A DNA stretch of 53,171 nucleotides from a virus (lineage: Duplodnaviria > Heunggongvirae > Uroviricota > Caudoviricetes). Shown piece after piece: positions 48,070 to 53,171 of the stretch (position 1 is the stretch's first letter; every line of letters begins with the position of its first letter). A program made the translations under genes and the position numbers. The notes beneath the pieces were generated by a model. It saw nothing but the letters and a program-made list of their open reading frames with translations. It did no database searches and was not told the DNA's origin. Location of the stretch: the IMG/VR virus record IMGVR_UViG_2721755711_000003, positions 1 to 53,171 of that record; one strand, 5' to 3'.

Positions 48070-49559
48070 TTCTTGGATTTGGCAATAACGTTGTTTCAGC
48101 ACTGGCTGGCGATATCACGACGATTCAGACTGATATTCCGGTGATGCCGGGCACGGGAGCTAAATTTGCAAAATTGCTTTCTGCCGATTTTGAAAATAAA
48201 TCGAACGGGCAACGCGTCTATGCAAAAATTACGCTTACCGATAATAAAGAGTCTGCATTTGAGATTTGTCACCTGGTATCAGTAAGCGGCGATGTGCTGA
48301 AAGTCATTCGTGGGCAGGAAGGAACAACCGCGAAAGGTTGGTCCCTTAATGACGTTGTGGCTAACTTTGCCACGCGTGGTTCGGAAAACTATTTCGTACA
48401 GATAGCGCAGCTTCAGAGCGGTCATTATATTGCGGGTGTTGCTGGTGGCACTGCAAACACACTGACGCTGGAGCTTCCCTCGACGTTTTTTGTTAATGAA
48501 GGTACAGATTGGACACTACGAACCCCGATTATCGTTTTCCCCGTTCAGAACAATACCAACGCGGCGACACTTCAACTAACACTAGGCGGAAAGGTTCTTG
48601 GTACGTTCCCACTTTATAAGGGGAACAAGTCCGAGCTGGTAGCGAATGATATCATTAAAGGTATTCCTTTGATTTGCCTTCTTGATAACGAGAAAAGCTA
48701 TTTCAGCGTGATAAACCCCGGCAATATCTATTCAGATTTTGATCTGCGATATGTAAAAAAATCTGGTGATTTGATGACCGGGGAGCTGAAAATCCGTGGT
48801 GTTAATGCGCTGAGGATTTTCAACGACGCTTTTGGCCTGATTTTTCGTCGTTCGGAAGAGTGCCTGCACCTTATCCCTACCAGTGAAGGTCAGGGCGAGA
48901 ATGGCGATATTGGCCCATTAAGGCCATTTGCTATAAATCTGAGAACAGGTGCTATATCTGTCAGCCACGGGGCCAAAATTGATGGTGGGCTGGCGCTTGG
49001 TACGGATAACGCACTGGGCGGTAATTCCATTACTCTCGGAGATAACGACACCGGTATAAAACAAAACGGCGATGGCATTCTGGATGTTTATGCTAATAAT
49101 CAGCGCGTATTTCGCTTTCAGAATGGAGTTGCTATTGCTTTTAAAAACGTTCAGGCCGGGGATAGTAAAAAATTCACGCTATCCAGCTCCAACAGCTCCA
49201 CGAAGAACGTAGGGTTTAATTTATGGGGTAATCCATCCAGACCTGTAGTTGCAGAACTTGGTGATGATTCCGGCTGGCATTTCTACAGTCAGAGAAATAC
49301 AGACGATAGCGTCACATTCGCTGTAAATGGGCAGATAACTCCATCAAACTACGGAAACTTTGATGCCCGCTATCAGACCAAAACAGGCGGCGTGCAGGAT
49401 GTACGTCTGGGAAGCGCCATTGGTATTGGACGCGGGGGAAATGCGCCATCAGGTCATTTACTGAGTGGTGTTGATGGCGGTGAAAGTGTGAACTGGGCCA
49501 ATGCACGCCCGGTGCAGGTTCTGATTAATGGCGTCTGGAGAAATGTAGCGAGTTTGTAA
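48066..49559 (+). CDS. tail fibre protein
   Basis: 497 aa, Gly/Asn/Ser-rich, followed by a tail-fibre-assembly-like gene. Confidence 0.55.
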   Translation: MILGFGNNVVSALAGDITTIQTDIPVMPGTGAKFAKLLSADFENKSNGQRVYAKITLTDNKESAFEICHLVSVSGDVLKVIRGQEGTTAKGWSLNDVVANFATRGSENYFVQIAQLQSGHYIAGVAGGTANTLTLELPSTFFVNEGTDWTLRTPIIVFPVQNNTNAATLQLTLGGKVLGTFPLYKGNKSELVANDIIKGIPLICLLDNEKSYFSVINPGNIYSDFDLRYVKKSGDLMTGELKIRGVNALRIFNDAFGLIFRRSEECLHLIPTSEGQGENGDIGPLRPFAINLRTGAISVSHGAKIDGGLALGTDNALGGNSITLGDNDTGIKQNGDGILDVYANNQRVFRFQNGVAIAFKNVQAGDSKKFTLSSSNSSTKNVGFNLWGNPSRPVVAELGDDSGWHFYSQRNTDDSVTFAVNGQITPSNYGNFDARYQTKTGGVQDVRLGSAIGIGRGGNAPSGHLLSGVDGGESVNWANARPVQVLINGVWRNVASL

Positions 49560-49561
49560 TC

Positions 49562-50110
49562 ATGATGCACTTAAAAAATATTACGGTACAAAACCCTAAA
49601 ACAATTGAGCAATACCAGCTGGCGCGACAGCATAAATTTTTATTGTGGCTGTTCTCAGATGATGGACAGGAATGGCACGAAGCCCAGGAAAAATTTCTAC
49701 CAGACACCCTGAAAGTTATTTATGTTAAAACTGGCGAAGTGGTCTGGGTCGGAAAAGACATCACCTCAATCTGCCCGGAAAATAAAAGCGTGATTGAGTT
49801 GCCGGATATTACCGCTAATCGTCGCATTGAAGCATCAGGCTACTGGTTTTACCGCAATGATGAATTTGTTTTCGACTACAAACTTAAAGCGGAAGACGAG
49901 CGTGATGCCCTGTTAAAACAGGTCAGTATCATGACCAGCGAATGGGAAAAAGACCTGCTGCTGGGATTAATCAGCGACGAAGACAGGGAAAAGCTGAAAG
50001 CGTACCGCATTTACGCGAAATCGCTGCAGGCGATGGATTTCAGCACCATCACTGATAAAGCCTCATATAACGCCATTGAATGGCCCGTCTCTCCGGAAGC
50101 CTCTTCCTGA
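49562..50110 (+). CDS. tail fibre assembly protein
   Basis: 182 aa directly after a tail fibre gene; C-terminal ...NAIEWP motif typical of this family. Confidence 0.5.
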   Translation: MMHLKNITVQNPKTIEQYQLARQHKFLLWLFSDDGQEWHEAQEKFLPDTLKVIYVKTGEVVWVGKDITSICPENKSVIELPDITANRRIEASGYWFYRNDEFVFDYKLKAEDERDALLKQVSIMTSEWEKDLLLGLISDEDREKLKAYRIYAKSLQAMDFSTITDKASYNAIEWPVSPEASS

Positions 50111-50133
50111 TTTAATTTATCGCGAGAAAAACT

Positions 50134-51558
50134 ATGTCTGTAGTGATATCAGGTGCGCTGATTGATGGCGCAGGCATCCCCATGTCCGGATGCCACATAA
50201 TTCTGAAATCCCGGGTAAACACCTCAGAGGTGGTGATGCGCACAGTTGCCGACGTGGTGACAGGAAACTGTGGCGAGTACTGTTTTGAGGCGCAGACCGG
50301 AAAATACTGCGTATATCTGAAGCAGGGCTGGCGCGACGAGTACTGTGTTGGAGATATTGCTGTATACGACGACTCAAAGCCCGGCACACTGAATGATTTT
50401 CTGACCGCCCCCGATGAAGGCGACCTCAAGCCCGACGTGGTGAAACGTTTTGAGGAAATGGTGGCGCAGGCGCAGCAGAGCGCGGAAACTGCAACAGAAA
50501 GTGAACGACAGGCAGGGCAACATGCAGACGCTGCCGCCCGGGCAAAAGAAGAGGTAAAAAAACTGGCGGAAGGTGTTCAGCAGAACGCCGACGCGGTTGC
50601 GGAGGGTAAACAACAGGCCGAAAATCTGGCCTCACGGGTTGAGGATACCGCCGCGGAGGTCAGGCAGGATGCTGAAGCCGCGAAAAAGGCCGCATCCGGT
50701 GCAGAGCAGGCCAGAGCAGATATTGATACTGCGTTATCTGCGACACTGAAAACGGCGAATCGTTTATCAGAGCTGGCTGATGAAGGTGAAGAGGCTCAGC
50801 AGGAATCCCGTGATAATCTTGGACTGAAAAGCGCAGCCACAATGACGCCACAGAGCGACATTCGTGACCGGACTGAAGGCCGTCTGGCGACACCTGGCGC
50901 ATTTGGTTTTGGGCATATTTTTCTGCCCGCAGAGCGTATCCGTTTTAACACAGAGGATGATTTTCTGGCATGGGTAAGGAATGCGACGCCGGGTGAATAT
51001 TTTGTTGAGGGTGGCAGTAAAATCATATCCGGAGGTGTGTTGTTTAACGGGGTGGTCAGCATCCGGTGGGTTGAGGCACGCAATAATCCACCGGAACCGC
51101 GATATACATCAAAGGCCATTATTTTCTACGGTATCAATGGCGATGTTTATTACAGCCGCTACTGGACAACAGGTAATGGTTATCTGACTGGCTGGGAAAA
51201 TCTGAAGATTACCTCACAGGACATTATCTCTCTTTTGTCCGGTATTGCTCCCGGCACCACGGACGGCTGGTACGGTGCAGGCAGTCTTGTACTGGCGGCT
51301 TATAACGGTAAGGGAAACGCAGACACCGACCGCCGGATAAAGCGCGGTTACAACTATCCGGGGTCACGCCTGAGTGCGGTTGAATTTATGTGTTACGGCA
51401 CGACCGGTAGCGGGGTTGGATATAACGGCAGCGTTTCCGTATATGTGCGGGGTTCTGGTGGTGGTATGCCGGGGTCATATCGTGCACTGTCAGGCGATGA
51501 ACTCGGGTCTGCCGGGTCAGCCAGTGTCATGATTGGTTTGTTCATACGTATTGCGTAG
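50134..51558 (+). CDS. second tail fibre protein (side-tail-fibre-like, with coiled-coil middle)
   Basis: 474 aa; alanine/glutamate-rich helical segment (residues about 100-210); Gly-rich C-terminus. Confidence 0.5.
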   Translation: MSVVISGALIDGAGIPMSGCHIILKSRVNTSEVVMRTVADVVTGNCGEYCFEAQTGKYCVYLKQGWRDEYCVGDIAVYDDSKPGTLNDFLTAPDEGDLKPDVVKRFEEMVAQAQQSAETATESERQAGQHADAAARAKEEVKKLAEGVQQNADAVAEGKQQAENLASRVEDTAAEVRQDAEAAKKAASGAEQARADIDTALSATLKTANRLSELADEGEEAQQESRDNLGLKSAATMTPQSDIRDRTEGRLATPGAFGFGHIFLPAERIRFNTEDDFLAWVRNATPGEYFVEGGSKIISGGVLFNGVVSIRWVEARNNPPEPRYTSKAIIFYGINGDVYYSRYWTTGNGYLTGWENLKITSQDIISLLSGIAPGTTDGWYGAGSLVLAAYNGKGNADTDRRIKRGYNYPGSRLSAVEFMCYGTTGSGVGYNGSVSVYVRGSGGGMPGSYRALSGDELGSAGSASVMIGLFIRIA

Positions 51559-51565
51559 GTGTTTT

Positions 51566-52129
51566 ATGGAAATAAAACGCATCGAAAATGCGCGTTATCT
51601 TGAAAATGGCGCGATTGACTGCGGGGTGTTGTTTGATGGCATGGATGAACCGGTTCCGTATACGGCAACTGCCACGGATACAGCAGAGACAGGGCAGCGA
51701 GTCTGGCAGGAGCTGCAAAGCGGGAGATGGGGAGAAATAACGCCGTTCACCGTCACGTCAGAGATGCTGGAAGCAGCAAAAGCAGCCAAACGCCGGGAAA
51801 TTGAAGCATGGCGTACAGAGCAGGAGGCGCAGCCATTCATTTTTGAATGGAACGGTCATAGCTGGAACGGGGGACCGGATTCGATGGCCCGTCTTTATCC
51901 GGTGGCGATGGCATCGAAATCCGACACAGCACGGGACGTCATGACGTGGGGCGATGCGGAAAATCAGCAGGTAAAGTTGTCAATGCAACAACTGGATGAG
52001 CTACTTACTGCAATGGTTCAGGCGCAGGTTGATCGCAATGATGAAATTTATCGCCGTCAGCGAGAGATGAAAGAAGCGTTAAATACACTGAAGGATCTGA
52101 GCTCAATCAGAAAGCTGGCAATTAACTAG
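51566..52129 (+). CDS. tail fibre assembly / chaperone-like protein
   Basis: ATG 51566; 187 aa immediately downstream of the second fibre gene. Confidence 0.4.
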   Translation: MEIKRIENARYLENGAIDCGVLFDGMDEPVPYTATATDTAETGQRVWQELQSGRWGEITPFTVTSEMLEAAKAAKRREIEAWRTEQEAQPFIFEWNGHSWNGGPDSMARLYPVAMASKSDTARDVMTWGDAENQQVKLSMQQLDELLTAMVQAQVDRNDEIYRRQREMKEALNTLKDLSSIRKLAIN

Positions 52130-52217
52130 TAATTTACGGGTGATTTTGGGCTTTTGTTACACATTCGCAACGAAGAATTGTGTGCCATTAGCCCAAGAAA
52201 ATTATATTTTAATGATT

Positions 52218-53171
52218 TCAACAGTTACTAGTGTGTTTCTTGTTATAATCGTCAAGTAAAAAATCTTTGTGTTTTTCAGCCAGTAAACCTACTTCCCCCC
52301 ATTTCAAAATATGTGTCCAGTATCCCATGCCGACAGATGATATTGGAGCGTAAAAAATAATAATTCTATTTTTTGCATTTTCGTCCGTTATACCACGAGA
52401 AATTGCAGTGTTATTTTCTATTCGCACTCTGAAATCAGGATAATAACAAGAATCTTTTAATTTTAACCATACGGTTGAATGATTAGTATGTTGTTCTATT
52501 GAACTTATTTCACCAAAATAAAACCCCGGTTCTTCTTGTTCAGAGCGGATATCAGAAATACTTTTTAATGCATCGCAAAAAATATAACTGTGAGCGAGAC
52601 CAGTGCCAGTGGTGATAAATATCTCTTTATAGTAGTTTTCTTGAAAGTTAGTACATAGAGCTTGCACGCTTGTTATCTTACTGGGCAGATTGAATGTTTC
52701 ACCTTGATGACGAGAGATGGGAATTTCAACAAATACCCCATTTTTACTTTCAAAGTACATTTCCGTTGGAGTGGCGGAAGAATCTGTATTATCACGATAT
52801 ACAAGTTCTGGTCGTTCCTGCATGAATCCGGATATGATAATGACATCATTGTCGCTAACAGCTTTTTGGGCTTCTTCTTCACTAGAATAGCGTTTCCCGA
52901 TAATAGCTCCGCTTCTCAACAAACAAAAAGGAGCATTTGGATTTGGGTAGTGGCGGAAGAGAGCTTCTCGCCCGTCAGTCATAATCGTTATACTTGACTC
53001 TGATGGTATACGATTAAGTGGCTCATAACATTGGGGACAAATGAGATGATCTTTCATTTCTTCTTGATATTCTAATGGTCCAACACTTGTACGAACTAAC
53101 TGTGCTGTACTGTGTATGCTTTTATCCCATACAGGATCGAAATAAGCATAGGCAATGCGGCGGCTAGTCAT
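52218..53171 (-). CDS. hypothetical protein, AT-rich cargo gene (function unknown)
   Basis: 317-aa minus-strand ORF whose start codon is the last three bases of the window; visibly lower GC than the adjacent tail-fibre genes; CPQCYEP motif near the N-terminus; no family recognised. Confidence 0.5.
   Translation of the reverse strand: MTSRRIAYAYFDPVWDKSIHSTAQLVRTSVGPLEYQEEMKDHLICPQCYEPLNRIPSESSITIMTDGREALFRHYPNPNAPFCLLRSGAIIGKRYSSEEEAQKAVSDNDVIIISGFMQERPELVYRDNTDSSATPTEMYFESKNGVFVEIPISRHQGETFNLPSKITSVQALCTNFQENYYKEIFITTGTGLAHSYIFCDALKSISDIRSEQEEPGFYFGEISSIEQHTNHSTVWLKLKDSCYYPDFRVRIENNTAISRGITDENAKNRIIIFYAPISSVGMGYWTHILKWGEVGLLAEKHKDFLLDDYNKKHTSNC

Noticed and set aside
48066-52129. Invertible host-range segment (Mu G or e14 P-segment type)
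   Set aside because: Both fibre-chaperone pairs are on the same strand and no site-specific invertase gene or flanking inverted repeats were found in the window.

Overview
The window is almost entirely one mosaic temperate-phage (prophage) genome of enterobacterial type; all calls are from reading the sequence and ORF track by eye, with no database search. Left arm (1-9300, mostly minus strand) resembles the Rac prophage: integrase, excisionase, Lar, an annealing recombinase plus a RecE-like exonuclease, racC/ydaE/kilR/ydaF/ydaG-like small genes, and a racR / ydaS / ydaT immunity module. Then follow a lambda O/P-like replication module with iteron-like repeats inside the O-like gene, a nin-like region interrupted by IS629 next to an IS21-family element, a hokD-like type I toxin, a Q-like antiterminator with terminator, two tRNAs (Thr-UGU, Gly-UCC), and a lysis cassette with an M15-peptidase endolysin. 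The late region has a ParB-like nuclease / glycosyltransferase-like pair, terminase, portal, head genes, a contractile-tail and baseplate module, and two tail-fibre/chaperone cassettes. The most likely places for an undescribed function are the AT-rich 317-aa gene at the right edge, the ParB-like/glycosyltransferase-like pair, the convergent overlapping ORFs between ydaT and O, and the moron island inside the baseplate cluster (antirepressor with a structured leader, AT-rich secreted LprI-like protein). No CRISPR array, rRNA or reverse transcriptase was seen.
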